From assembly GCA_944329365.1 (NCBI GenBank), contig CALVIC010000003.1, positions 8,437 through 72,436 on the forward strand: DNA of 64,000 nt. The letters run 5' to 3'. Both the position numbers and the translations under genes were made by a program. A model generated the notes under the pieces. It was not told where the DNA came from, searched no databases, and saw only the letters and a program-made list of their open reading frames with translations. Source of the stretch: an uncultured Bacilli bacterium. GTDB taxonomy: Bacteria; Bacillota_I; Bacilli_A; RF39; UBA660. Shown here in pieces: positions 18,124-27,367 of this stretch (the stretch's first letter is position 1; the number at the start of each line of letters is the position of its first letter).

Positions 18124-18684
18124 TTACTTTTTATTTAGCTCATTTTTTACCCATCCAAGTAGTTCAGTTAATACTTTCTCTCTATTAACTGATGTATTTA
18201 CAAATTTTAGCTTATATTTTTTTGAATCTTTTTCAAATTGTTGGCTTTTAGCAATTTCTCTTTCAGCTTTTTCTAAAAGTGTTTCATCTGATATATTTCT
18301 AGTCCAATCTTTTAATCTTTGATAAGTTCTCCAGTTAGAAAGGCATTCTTCTTTAGTTAAGTCCGGGTAACCAAAAACTATAATAATATTATTTTCAAAC
18401 AATTTATAATCTTCCGGTTTAAAATCGACGGTATCTAGAATAACGTATAAACTTTCACTATATTTAACACTATAATCAAAATACGATTTTAAGAATTTTC
18501 GATACTCAAGGATTTCTTTCATAAGCCCTGTTTTTACTGTTTTATCTTTGTATATTTCATCTCTGTATGCAAGTCTTACTAAATCACCTGATATAATCTG
18601 ACATGACTTAAGTTCTTTCATTAATATTTGTGAAAACGTACTTTTACCTGCTCTAGAGGCACCAATTAAAACTATTCCTTTCAC
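18124..18684 (-). CDS. Small P-loop NTPase/kinase-like protein
   Basis: 186 aa. Walker A at the extreme N-terminus (VLIGASRAGKSTF). GTG start lies 1 nt after the TAA of the upstream ORF, which suggests translational coupling. Confidence 0.5.
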   Translation of the reverse strand: MKGIVLIGASRAGKSTFSQILMKELKSCQIISGDLVRLAYRDEIYKDKTVKTGLMKEILEYRKFLKSYFDYSVKYSESLYVILDTVDFKPEDYKLFENNIIIVFGYPDLTKEECLSNWRTYQRLKDWTRNISDETLLEKAEREIAKSQQFEKDSKKYKLKFVNTSVNREKVLTELLGWVKNELNKK

Positions 18685-18685
18685 G

Positions 18686-19600
18686 TTAGATTCCTTTCAT
18701 ATAATTTTTTAGCTTTTCAAATATCGGAAGATTACCTTTATAACTTTTTGGAGAAATTGGACTAGGGTGATATATGGGCAATACTTTATATCCATTTACT
18801 TCATAAATGTTACCTACAACTTCAGAAAACTTTTTAAATTTAAAGCTTAATAGATTTCTAGTTGGAAACTCTCCTAAAGTAATTATTAATTTGGGGTTTA
18901 ATATTTCTAATTGTTTAAGCATTATGTTTTTACAGTTAGTAGAACATATTTTTAGGCTTTTTCTTTCTATTGGATAACATTTTACTGATTCTATAAAAGT
19001 AGTTTCAAATATATCTTTATTTATAATATCAAATAGTTTTTGTAATATAACTCCGCTAGGTAATATTTTACCATTTATATCTTTCCATAACATGTGACTT
19101 TTTCGCCATCCATTGTTTGCTGGAGCTTCTCCGATTAAAACAATATCATTATTTTTACCCAAAAATACAGTTGATGAGTTTGGAAACTTTTCAACTAAGG
19201 CTCCACATTTATGACACTTATATACTTCTTTATCTACTTCTTCTAATAACTTCTTTTTAACTTTATTTTTTAGTGTTTGATATCTATTATTTGTATCTTC
19301 CGTCAAAATTTTTTCTTTATCAATTATTTTGTAATCTTCGCAGTTTATTTCTTTAGCAAATTGTTCTTTTGTTAAATCAACTATTTGATTATTTATTAAA
19401 TTAAAGTAATGACTGATCCCATCAACTTTTGTTTTGGCTATTTCTCCACCAAAATAATCATTTACTACTAACGAAGTGATTGCACACATGCCTAAAGTTT
19501 TATTTGATTCATTCCATCGATTTTGTACTTTTATGTAACATAAATCTTTAGAATAACATTTTAATAAAGATTTCTTTAATTTTTCTATTGTCATAAACAT
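18686..19600 (-). CDS. Fusion of a YunG-like N-terminal domain with a uracil-DNA glycosylase superfamily (family 4/5-like) domain
   Basis: 304 aa. N-terminal LGMCAITSLVVNDYFGGEI...HYFNLINNQIVDLTKEQF resembles B. subtilis YunG. C-terminal half has VLIGEAPANNGWRKS, VKCYP and LPIYHPSPISP, which are UDG-superfamily motifs. Confidence 0.6.
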   Translation of the reverse strand: MFMTIEKLKKSLLKCYSKDLCYIKVQNRWNESNKTLGMCAITSLVVNDYFGGEIAKTKVDGISHYFNLINNQIVDLTKEQFAKEINCEDYKIIDKEKILTEDTNNRYQTLKNKVKKKLLEEVDKEVYKCHKCGALVEKFPNSSTVFLGKNNDIVLIGEAPANNGWRKSHMLWKDINGKILPSGVILQKLFDIINKDIFETTFIESVKCYPIERKSLKICSTNCKNIMLKQLEILNPKLIITLGEFPTRNLLSFKFKKFSEVVGNIYEVNGYKVLPIYHPSPISPKSYKGNLPIFEKLKNYMKGI

Positions 19601-19731
19601 ACACCCGTTACAAATATTATAACAGATTTAATTTTGATTGTCTTTTTTATTAGAAAATTCTATATGTTTATCCTTTTGTTTTAGATTAAAGAAGTGTTAT
19701 AATAGAATTAAATGAAGGTGAGGTTTTTATT

Positions 19732-20178
19732 ATGATAGATAGAGTTTTAATGGAATTATACGATGAATATGAAAAAGGTAATATGGAAAGTATTATAGAA
19801 TTTACTAATAAAACATTCCCTAATGATGGTACTGGTAAGCTTTTTATAGGCTGCCTTTTAATACTTTTCTCTAATGATGTCGGAGCTTATAAACCGAGAT
19901 ATTTTGCAACAAGAGAACGTTTATATTCAATTGTTTTGGCCGCCAAAGAAAAGATTGGAAACACTAATTTACTCGCGTTTTATATCGATAGAATAAATAG
20001 AAGTAAAGGAATAAGTAAGTACTTAGCTGATATTGTCAAAGATAAAAATATAGACAAATATGCAGATTTAATTATAGAATACTTAGATCAGTTTAAACCA
20101 AACTTCGTTTCAAATATTAAAAAGAATTATTCTGATAAGATTGAAGAATATATTAAAAATAATGAACAAAAAAACTAG
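19732..20178 (+). CDS. Hypothetical protein
   Basis: 148-aa ORF with GGTGAGG RBS, followed by a terminator. No recognisable motif. Confidence 0.45.
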   Translation: MIDRVLMELYDEYEKGNMESIIEFTNKTFPNDGTGKLFIGCLLILFSNDVGAYKPRYFATRERLYSIVLAAKEKIGNTNLLAFYIDRINRSKGISKYLADIVKDKNIDKYADLIIEYLDQFKPNFVSNIKKNYSDKIEEYIKNNEQKN

Positions 20179-20208
20179 GATTTTCAAATGAATTTCCTAG
20201 TCTTTTTT
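20174..20208 (+). terminator. Rho-independent terminator
   Basis: Stem ACTAGGA (20174-20180) pairs with TCCTAGT (20195-20201). A T-run follows at 20203-20208. The structure overlaps the TAG stop. Confidence 0.55.
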
Positions 20209-20240
20209 ATTATAAAACCATATGGTTTATCTTTCAAAAA

Positions 20241-20317
20241 TGGGGCGGAATATCGGATTCGAACCGATGCATAATGGAACCACAATCCACCGTGTTAACC
20301 CCTTCACCAATTCCGCC
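20241..20317 (-). tRNA. tRNA-His (anticodon GUG)
   Basis: Reverse complement is GGCGGAATTGGTGAAGGGGTTAACACGGTGGATTGTGGTTCCATTATGCATCGGTTCGAATCCGATATTCCGCCCCA. Acceptor stem GCGGAAT/ATTCCGC. An extra G-1 pairs with C73, the His hallmark. Anticodon loop TTGTGGT, T-loop TTCGAAT, encoded CCA. Confidence 0.95.
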
Positions 20318-20371
20318 ATGTGAAAGACATATATATTTTATCAATAAATACATCTTTTTTCAAGTAGTTTT

Positions 20372-23300
20372 TTAATTTTTGTCCATTGAAAGTAACATTT
20401 TAATGTCATCTTCAGTAAGCTTAGAAAACTCATTTTCACTATGTCCTTCACCGTCGATAAGCATATCAGCTAGTTTTCGCTTTTTATTTTGAAGTTCTAA
20501 TATACGTTCTTCAATAGTTCCTTTAGTGATTAATCTAATAACTTCAACTTTATTTTTCTGGCCAATACGGTGAGCTCTGTCGGTGGCTTGATTTTCTACT
20601 TGCGGATTCCACCATAAATCTAGATGAATAACGACCGTTGCGGAGGTTAAGTTTAAACCGGTCCCACCAGCTTTTAAAGTTATAACAAAGACATCGGTAT
20701 CATCATTATTAAATTTGTCGACTAGTTCCATTCTCTTTTTAGAAGATACTGATCCATCGATGTAGTAAGATGAGATACCAATATTATTTAATTTTGGAAT
20801 AATCATGTCTAAAGCTTTTTTGTAGGTTGTAAAAATAAGCATTTTATGACCGTTGGCTTTGGTTTCTTCGACTATTCTTAGAAGCTCTTCAATTTTAGCT
20901 GATCCACCTTTATAATTTTCATAAACTAAAGATGGGTCAACACATATTTCTCTAAGTTTTGTAAGTAGTTGTAAGATTTTAAACTTAGCTTTGGTAAAGC
21001 CTTCTTCTCTAACCATTTCATTTAAACTATCTTTTGTTTTTTGAACTTCAGCGGCGTATATTTCTTTTTGTTTTTGACCTAAATCGATATAGATATTGTT
21101 TTCGATTTTTTCAGGTAGATCTTTGACAACGTCTTTCTTTTTACGTCTTAGGATAAAGTATTTGATTTGGGTGTTTAGTTTATCTAGGTTGTTTTTCTCA
21201 TTATCCATGTCTTTGACGTTATAGATTCTTTGGAATTTATCTTTGGTTGCGAGGTATCCCGGCATGATGAAGTCAAAGATACTCCAGAGTTCTAAGATAT
21301 TGTTTTCAATCGGGGTTCCAGTGAGTGCTAGTTTGATATCGGCTTTTAAATCTTTAACGGCTTTGGTTATACCAGCATTAGGATTTTTTATGTTTTGAGC
21401 TTCATCAATGGCTATTAAATTAAAGTTATATTTACTATAAGCTTCATAATCGTTTCTGATTAAACCATACGAGGTTATCATGACGTTAACTTCACTATTT
21501 TCAATATCATTTAATCTTTGTTCTTTGTTTTCGGCAAATACTTTATAATTTAATTCAGGTCCAAACTTATCAAATTCTTTTTTCCAATTATATATGAGGG
21601 AAGTAGGGGCGACAATGAGAACTTTAGCATCTTTATTTTCTTTGATAATAAGTTTGATTAAATAGATTAATTGTATTGATTTTCCAAGGCCCATTTCGTC
21701 GGCAAGGATACCACCAAAACCAGTTTTATAAATATTATATAGCCATTTTACACCAGTAAGTTGATAATCTCTTAAGGTTTTTAATTCATCTTTGGAAAGA
21801 TTTATTTCTTCATCTTTATATTTATAGAAGTTTGATATTAGATTATCAAAGAGGTTATTAGTTTTAATGAGTTTATGATATTTTCCTTTTCGTAAGCTGT
21901 CTAAATAAATAGCTTCATATTTAGGAATTGTTCCTTTTCCCATTAAAATATCTTTGTTAGTAAGTCCAAGGGTGTCTGCAAGTTCTTCAATTTGATTTAG
22001 GTTTTCATCTTTATCTAGGTTAATTAAATTACCATTTTTAAGTCTATGATAGTGTTTGCGCTGGCGAAGAGAAGAGAGGACATCGGCTAATTCTCCTTGA
22101 TTTAAGCCATCTAAATTAAAATTATATGATAAGATGTTATCTTGTCCAATAGAGAAACTAACACTATTAGAAGTGTTTTTAACAATCTGGGTGGCTTTGA
22201 TTTTTTCAGATGTAAATACTTCATATTCTTCGCTTAGATTCATAATTCCTTCTTCTAAAAAAGCTCCAATGTCATCAACGTCTTCTAAGTAAATTGTTTT
22301 GTTTACATAGTCGATTTCAAAACCGTTTTCTGATAATTTTTCGATTAAATTACTTTCGTATTCGTTATCACGGGCTATTCCTGGAGTGTTTAAAAAGTAG
22401 TCAATTTCCCTGTCACCATATTTTAACTTTATTTGACACTCGACTGAGTTATAATAAAAATCAAAGTACAACTTAGCACTAGGGGCAGTTGGGATAACGA
22501 CTTCGGTAATATCTTCAGAAAGGCTTATATTATCTTTAATAATGTTTAAAAGTCCTCCAGTAAACTTTTGTAAATCTTTATTTTTAAATACTAAACTATC
22601 GATGTTATTTTCGTATAACTCATTATATAGTTTAGCTATTTCTGGGGTTAATTCATAAACTTTTTCACTATCATAAAGGAATTTGCTTCCTTCAATTAAT
22701 GGGGTTAGAGTTTCAAAGTTATCGACAGTAAGGGTATATAAATCATTATCTTTAGTTAAGGTTGTTTTAAGCGGGTTTTCTTTATAGTATCCATGATATG
22801 GCCCGCGATATTTTATTTTGTAGTCTTTGTCTTTTAATAATTCCATAAAATTATTTAAATTGTTTTTATAAATAACATCACCTTGATTATTACGTGTTTG
22901 ACTAAGATAGCTTTCAGAAAAGTCAAATATTTTTTTATCTTCTTTATTTATATAATAAACTTGTGGATCATATTCAAAGTTTTTAGAAAACTGGAGTTTA
23001 TGGTGATTTTGATAGGCGTCTTGAAATTTATAATATTTATTGGTTAGAGTATATGTCTTGTCATGACCAATACGATATTCGGTTTGAATATAGCTTCCCC
23101 TGACATAGTCTTCGTCGGGCAAGAGGTTAATTTCTAAATGCAATTCTTTTTTTATTTTATTGTTTTTTGGAACATAAAATTTATTCAAGATTTCATCTGA
23201 CAATTCTAATTTATAATCAGCAATATTTAAATTTTCATTATCGGTAAACAGCTCATATTCATATTTTAAAATGCAGGCAGTTATATGTTTACAACTTGAG

Positions 23301-23542
23301 GTTGAGCGATACTGCGGGCATGTACAAAAGCATTCTTCGATAAATTTATTTTTTTTATTGATGCTTACTTCAACATGATAATTTTCATATGTTCTTTCAG
23401 AGCGAACAAAAAATGTCCCAAAGCGATTATATTCATCTTCTTCCATTTTGATTAATTTAACGTATTTGGAATTATAATTTAACCCTTTAATGAAATCACT
23501 TGGTCCAAATGTGTTGATTACTTCGTTATAAATTTTACTCAT
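20372..23542 (-). CDS. SNF2-family helicase with an N-terminal SWIM zinc finger (YwqA-like)
   Basis: SWIM motif CTCPQYRSTSSCKHITAC. Motif I GGILADEMGLGKSIQ, motif II LIAIDEAQNIKN, LALTGTPIEN, motif VI QATDRAHRIGQ. The track start is GTG. ATG at 23542 with GAGGTG 6 nt upstream is preferred. Confidence 0.8.
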   Translation of the reverse strand: MSKIYNEVINTFGPSDFIKGLNYNSKYVKLIKMEEDEYNRFGTFFVRSERTYENYHVEVSINKKNKFIEECFCTCPQYRSTSSCKHITACILKYEYELFTDNENLNIADYKLELSDEILNKFYVPKNNKIKKELHLEINLLPDEDYVRGSYIQTEYRIGHDKTYTLTNKYYKFQDAYQNHHKLQFSKNFEYDPQVYYINKEDKKIFDFSESYLSQTRNNQGDVIYKNNLNNFMELLKDKDYKIKYRGPYHGYYKENPLKTTLTKDNDLYTLTVDNFETLTPLIEGSKFLYDSEKVYELTPEIAKLYNELYENNIDSLVFKNKDLQKFTGGLLNIIKDNISLSEDITEVVIPTAPSAKLYFDFYYNSVECQIKLKYGDREIDYFLNTPGIARDNEYESNLIEKLSENGFEIDYVNKTIYLEDVDDIGAFLEEGIMNLSEEYEVFTSEKIKATQIVKNTSNSVSFSIGQDNILSYNFNLDGLNQGELADVLSSLRQRKHYHRLKNGNLINLDKDENLNQIEELADTLGLTNKDILMGKGTIPKYEAIYLDSLRKGKYHKLIKTNNLFDNLISNFYKYKDEEINLSKDELKTLRDYQLTGVKWLYNIYKTGFGGILADEMGLGKSIQLIYLIKLIIKENKDAKVLIVAPTSLIYNWKKEFDKFGPELNYKVFAENKEQRLNDIENSEVNVMITSYGLIRNDYEAYSKYNFNLIAIDEAQNIKNPNAGITKAVKDLKADIKLALTGTPIENNILELWSIFDFIMPGYLATKDKFQRIYNVKDMDNEKNNLDKLNTQIKYFILRRKKKDVVKDLPEKIENNIYIDLGQKQKEIYAAEVQKTKDSLNEMVREEGFTKAKFKILQLLTKLREICVDPSLVYENYKGGSAKIEELLRIVEETKANGHKMLIFTTYKKALDMIIPKLNNIGISSYYIDGSVSSKKRMELVDKFNNDDTDVFVITLKAGGTGLNLTSATVVIHLDLWWNPQVENQATDRAHRIGQKNKVEVIRLITKGTIEERILELQNKKRKLADMLIDGEGHSENEFSKLTEDDIKMLLSMDKN

Positions 23543-23659
23543 GAAACCCACCTCACTTAGATATAATACTAATTTTTTCCTATTTTGGCAAGTTGTATGG
23601 TTATTTTGCCTATAACATTTTTTACTATTTTCATAGGATAAAAACGGAGGAGGAGTTTA

Positions 23660-24166
23660 ATGAATAATTATTTGAATGATGGTTTTAATATGGTTACGGG
23701 ACTTCCAATGGGAAATTTTGAACAAGAGATGCCTAGAGACAATAATCTTTCACTAAAACTAGCAAAACAAGCAGGGGATAATATGAATTTTAACAAGTGT
23801 GGATATAATGGAAATAGCAATCCAAATAATTTATATGATATATATAATGGTTTTATTAGAGGAAATATGTTTCCCGATTTATATAATCAATATAAGATTA
23901 CAAAGCCGTTTGATGTTAGACCAATGAACGAGCAAGCAGAACTTTTAACTAAAGTCGACGCTTATTGTTTTGCGGCTCATGATGTTGCTTTATATTTAGA
24001 TACACATCCAAATGATCAAGAAATGATTAGACTTTACGATTCGCTTAATGGTGAGGTTAAAAAGGTAACAAGAGAATATGAAAATAAGTTTGGACCACTT
24101 TTAAAAAACGGGGCAACTGGTTATCCTTGGACATGGAATAATTCACCATGGCCTTGGGAAAAATAA
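23660..24166 (+). CDS. cotJB: Spore-coat-associated CotJA/CotJB-like fusion protein
   Basis: The middle segment NGFIRGNMFPDLYNQY is CotJA-like. MNEQAELLTKVDAYCFAAHDVALYLDTHPND is CotJB-like. It sits upstream of cotJC. Confidence 0.65.
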   Translation: MNNYLNDGFNMVTGLPMGNFEQEMPRDNNLSLKLAKQAGDNMNFNKCGYNGNSNPNNLYDIYNGFIRGNMFPDLYNQYKITKPFDVRPMNEQAELLTKVDAYCFAAHDVALYLDTHPNDQEMIRLYDSLNGEVKKVTREYENKFGPLLKNGATGYPWTWNNSPWPWEK

Positions 24167-24184
24167 TTTTATGAGGGGGTTTAT

Positions 24185-24742
24185 ATGTGGAAATATGAAA
24201 AAAGATTACAGTATCCAGTAAATATTCGTAAAAAAAATTTGAAACTAGCAAAATGTATACTGACACAATATGGCGGTCCGGCGGGAGAACTGGCAGCGGC
24301 ATGGCAATATTTAGATCAAAGATATAATATGCCAGATGATAGGGGAAAGGCTTTGCTTACGGATATTGGAACTGAGGAATTTGCTCATGTCGAAATTATT
24401 TCGGCAATGCTTTATCAACTTATGGAAGGAGCTACTATTGAAGAACTTAAAGAGGCCGGTTTAGATGGACAATACGCTCAATTTGGAAGAGATTTGTTCC
24501 CATCAGATAGTTTTGGTAATCCATTTAATATGACATATATTAAGGTTTCTGGAGATTATATTGCTGACATTGAAAGTGATATGGGTGCGGAACAAAGAGC
24601 TAGAGCAACTTACGAACACCTTATGGATCTGACGGATGATCCTGATGTTTTAGGACCACTTTCATTTTTAAGAGAACGAGAAATTATTCATTATCAAAGG
24701 TTTAAAGAGCTTAGGGATTATTATTTAAAAATGAAAAAATAA
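24185..24742 (+). CDS. cotJC: CotJC, manganese-catalase-family spore coat protein
   Basis: LQYPVNIRKKNLKLAKCILTQYGGPAGELAAAWQYLDQRY and EEFAHVEII match the ferritin-like di-metal motifs of CotJC. Confidence 0.8.
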   Translation: MWKYEKRLQYPVNIRKKNLKLAKCILTQYGGPAGELAAAWQYLDQRYNMPDDRGKALLTDIGTEEFAHVEIISAMLYQLMEGATIEELKEAGLDGQYAQFGRDLFPSDSFGNPFNMTYIKVSGDYIADIESDMGAEQRARATYEHLMDLTDDPDVLGPLSFLREREIIHYQRFKELRDYYLKMKK

Positions 24743-24796
24743 TACAATTTAGTATTATTTTTTTAATTATTTTTCATAATAAAAATAGGTGATTTT

Positions 24797-25462
24797 ATGC
24801 GAAAATTGATAATTTTTTTATTTGTTTTGCTATTTACAGGATGCGGAGTTAAACCGAATATAGAAGGTAACATTTTGGAGGTTAAGTATAATAATATTTA
24901 CCTTGTTAGCAGTGATTATAATAAGGTTAAGGATATGGTTTCTAATCACACTTATTTAAATGAAGAAAAAAAGCTACAAAATAGTTTAATTATTAAAACA
25001 GATAAAGATATTTATAATTTTAAACTAGCAGATGATTATATAAGTTATAATGGAAAGATGACTAAAGATAGTAAGATTAACAAATATTTACAAGATTTAA
25101 CGAAAAAATATCAGAATAGAGATTTTTATGAGATAAATTATGTTAAAGATTTTGATAAGGCGAATAGCGAAATTATTTCTTTGGACAAGACATCTAATTA
25201 TATCATTATAAAGTTTAATAGAAAGGTAACAAATTTTAAAATTAACGAAATTTCAAGTAGCGGTGATGATTTTAGCGATGTTGACTTGCTTTATAGTAAA
25301 GAAAACGTAAATAAAGAGGTGATTATTAGAAAAAGCATTAACTATAAAGTACCGGATATTAGGATTTCTTTCACTAATGAATATGGTTTTAGATTTTCGA
25401 TTATTCCAAGGTATAATGATGATAGATTAGAATTTGTAACGACAATTAAACAAGAGGTATGA
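24797..25462 (+). CDS. Lipoprotein, unknown function
   Basis: Signal peptide with lipobox LFTGC (MRKLIIFLFVLLFTGCG). Confidence 0.6.
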   Translation: MRKLIIFLFVLLFTGCGVKPNIEGNILEVKYNNIYLVSSDYNKVKDMVSNHTYLNEEKKLQNSLIIKTDKDIYNFKLADDYISYNGKMTKDSKINKYLQDLTKKYQNRDFYEINYVKDFDKANSEIISLDKTSNYIIIKFNRKVTNFKINEISSSGDDFSDVDLLYSKENVNKEVIIRKSINYKVPDIRISFTNEYGFRFSIIPRYNDDRLEFVTTIKQEV

Positions 25463-25495
25463 AAAAATTAGCTTTGATTTTAAAGCTAATTTTTA
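25462..25495. terminator. Bidirectional rho-independent terminator between the lipoprotein gene and typA
   Basis: ATTAGCTTT (25467-25475) pairs with AAAGCTAAT (25482-25490). It is flanked by an A-run and a T-run. Confidence 0.6.
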
Positions 25496-27307
25496 TTTTG
25501 ATTTTTTACTATCGTATTTCTTACGTTCGTTAGTATTTAATATTTTCTTTCTTAAACGATAATTTAGTGGAGTTACTTCGACTAATTCGTCTTCATTAAT
25601 ATAGTCTAGGCATACTTCTAAACTCATCTCTCTTGGACGTTTTAGGACTACAGTGTGGTCTTTAGTCGCACTACGAGTATTGGTTAATTGTTTTCCCTTA
25701 ACGACATTAACAGCTAAATCGTTTTCGTGTGAGTGTTCACCAACAATCATTCCCTCGTAAACATCGGTTCCAGGTTCGATAAACATTTCACCACGGTCTT
25801 CTAACGAACCTAAGGCATAAGCGGTTGCTTTACCGCTTTCCATAGCTACTAAGACTCCAGCTTTTCTTTCACCTATGTTGCTTGTAGACATCGGTTCATA
25901 TGATTTGAATGAATGACTTAAGATTCCATATCCTTTAGTTAGAGTCATAAATTCAGTTGTGAATCCGATTAATCCACGTGATGGAACAGTATAAAGTAAT
26001 TTGGTTTGATTATCAAACGGATGCATGTTTTCCATAGTTCCACCGCGGTTACCTAAGGCTTCGATTACTGGACCAACATACTCTTCTGGAACTTCGATTT
26101 CAACGTCTTCATATGGTTCACATTTTACACCATCTATTTCTTTAATGATGATTTGTGGTTTAGATACTTGCATTTCATATCCTTCACGACGCATTGTTTC
26201 AATTAATATAGATAAATGAAGTTCCCCTCGACCTGAGACCATCCAGTTTTCGGAATCGATTTGGCTTACTTTTAAAGATACATCTTTTTCAGTTTCTTTC
26301 ATAAGTCTTTCTTCTATTTTTCTGGCAGTTAAAAATTTTCCTTCTTTACCGGCAAATGGACTTGTATTAACACCAAAAGTCATTTGAAGAGTTGGCTCAT
26401 CAATTCTTAGTTTTGGAAGAGCTTCTTCATGACCAACTTCACAAACTGTTTCTCCTACTGATATATCAGGAAGTCCAGCAATGGCAACGATGTCACCGGC
26501 ATGGGCTTCATCAATTTCAATTTTGTTTAATCCATAAAAGCCAAATATTTTTTGAATCCTAAATTGTTTGGTACTACCATCTAATCTAATACATGATACA
26601 GTTGTATTTACTTTAATATGCCCTCTTTTAACAACGCCTATTCCGATACGACCAACAAAGTCATTATAGTCAAGTAAAGCTGGTTGAAATTGGAATGGAC
26701 CATTTTCATCAACTTTTGGTTCAGGAATGTTTTCAATTACAGCATCTAGGATTGGGTCCATAGTTTTCTTTTGGGTTGTAATGTCTGGGTCTGTACTTGA
26801 TGTTCCATTTAAAGCAGATGCATATAAAACTGGGAAGTCTAACTGTTCAAGACTCGCACCTAATTCGATAAATAAATCCATAACTTCATCAACGACAACA
26901 GCCGGACGAGCAGATGGTTTATCAATTTTATTAACAACGACTATTGGAACAACTCCAGCTTCTAAAGCTTTTTTTAAAACAAATCTCGTTTGAGGCATTG
27001 TTCCTTCATAAGCGTCAACGACTAATAATACTCCGTCGACCATATTCATGATACGTTCAACTTCACCACCAAAGTCTGCATGACCTGGGGTATCTAAGAT
27101 ATTAATTCTATATCCTTTATAATGAATAGCTGTGGTTTTAGCAAGAATTGTAATTCCACGTTCTCTTTCTAAATCATTTGAATCCATAGCTCTTGTTTGA
27201 ACTTCTTCATTTTCTCTAAATGTTCCTGATTGTTTAAGCAACTGATCAACTAGTGTAGTTTTTCCATGGTCAACATGGGCGATTATTGCAATATTTCTTT
27301 GTTTCAT
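25493..27307 (-). CDS. typA: Translational GTPase TypA/BipA
   Basis: 604 aa. AIIAHVDHGKTTLVDQLL, DTPGHADF and NKID GTPase motifs, with full-length EF-G-like architecture. Confidence 0.95.
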   Translation of the reverse strand: MKQRNIAIIAHVDHGKTTLVDQLLKQSGTFRENEEVQTRAMDSNDLERERGITILAKTTAIHYKGYRINILDTPGHADFGGEVERIMNMVDGVLLVVDAYEGTMPQTRFVLKKALEAGVVPIVVVNKIDKPSARPAVVVDEVMDLFIELGASLEQLDFPVLYASALNGTSSTDPDITTQKKTMDPILDAVIENIPEPKVDENGPFQFQPALLDYNDFVGRIGIGVVKRGHIKVNTTVSCIRLDGSTKQFRIQKIFGFYGLNKIEIDEAHAGDIVAIAGLPDISVGETVCEVGHEEALPKLRIDEPTLQMTFGVNTSPFAGKEGKFLTARKIEERLMKETEKDVSLKVSQIDSENWMVSGRGELHLSILIETMRREGYEMQVSKPQIIIKEIDGVKCEPYEDVEIEVPEEYVGPVIEALGNRGGTMENMHPFDNQTKLLYTVPSRGLIGFTTEFMTLTKGYGILSHSFKSYEPMSTSNIGERKAGVLVAMESGKATAYALGSLEDRGEMFIEPGTDVYEGMIVGEHSHENDLAVNVVKGKQLTNTRSATKDHTVVLKRPREMSLEVCLDYINEDELVEVTPLNYRLRKKILNTNERKKYDSKKSK

Positions 27308-27338
27308 AATATAACTCTCCCTTTTTTCACTAGGCTTG

Positions 27339-27367
27339 ATTATAACATTTTTTTTATGTTTTGTAAA
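27339..27367 (-). promoter_or_regulatory. Sigma-A-type promoter of typA
   Basis: Minus strand reads TTTACA, a 17-nt spacer, then TGtTATAAT (extended -10). It lies about 30 nt upstream of the GGGAG RBS and ATG. Confidence 0.5.

Larger units (their letters stand above)
258..20208 (-). other. Putative defence island: nine accessory ORFs, eight on the minus strand, ending at the 3' end of tRNA-His
   Basis: Consecutive helicase, nuclease, NTPase and nucleotide-hydrolase ORFs with no housekeeping content. It lies directly next to the tRNA-His 3' end. The left boundary is not visible in the window. Confidence 0.6.

Noticed and set aside
20372-23551. The SNF2/SWIM helicase as a defence component (DISARM DrmD-like) belonging to the island
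   Set aside because: It lies on the far side of the tRNA, next to core and sporulation genes. It resembles the widely conserved YwqA-type SNF2/SWIM protein of Bacillota. No adjacent methylase, PLD or DrmA/B genes are present. I treat it as core, but this is not proven.
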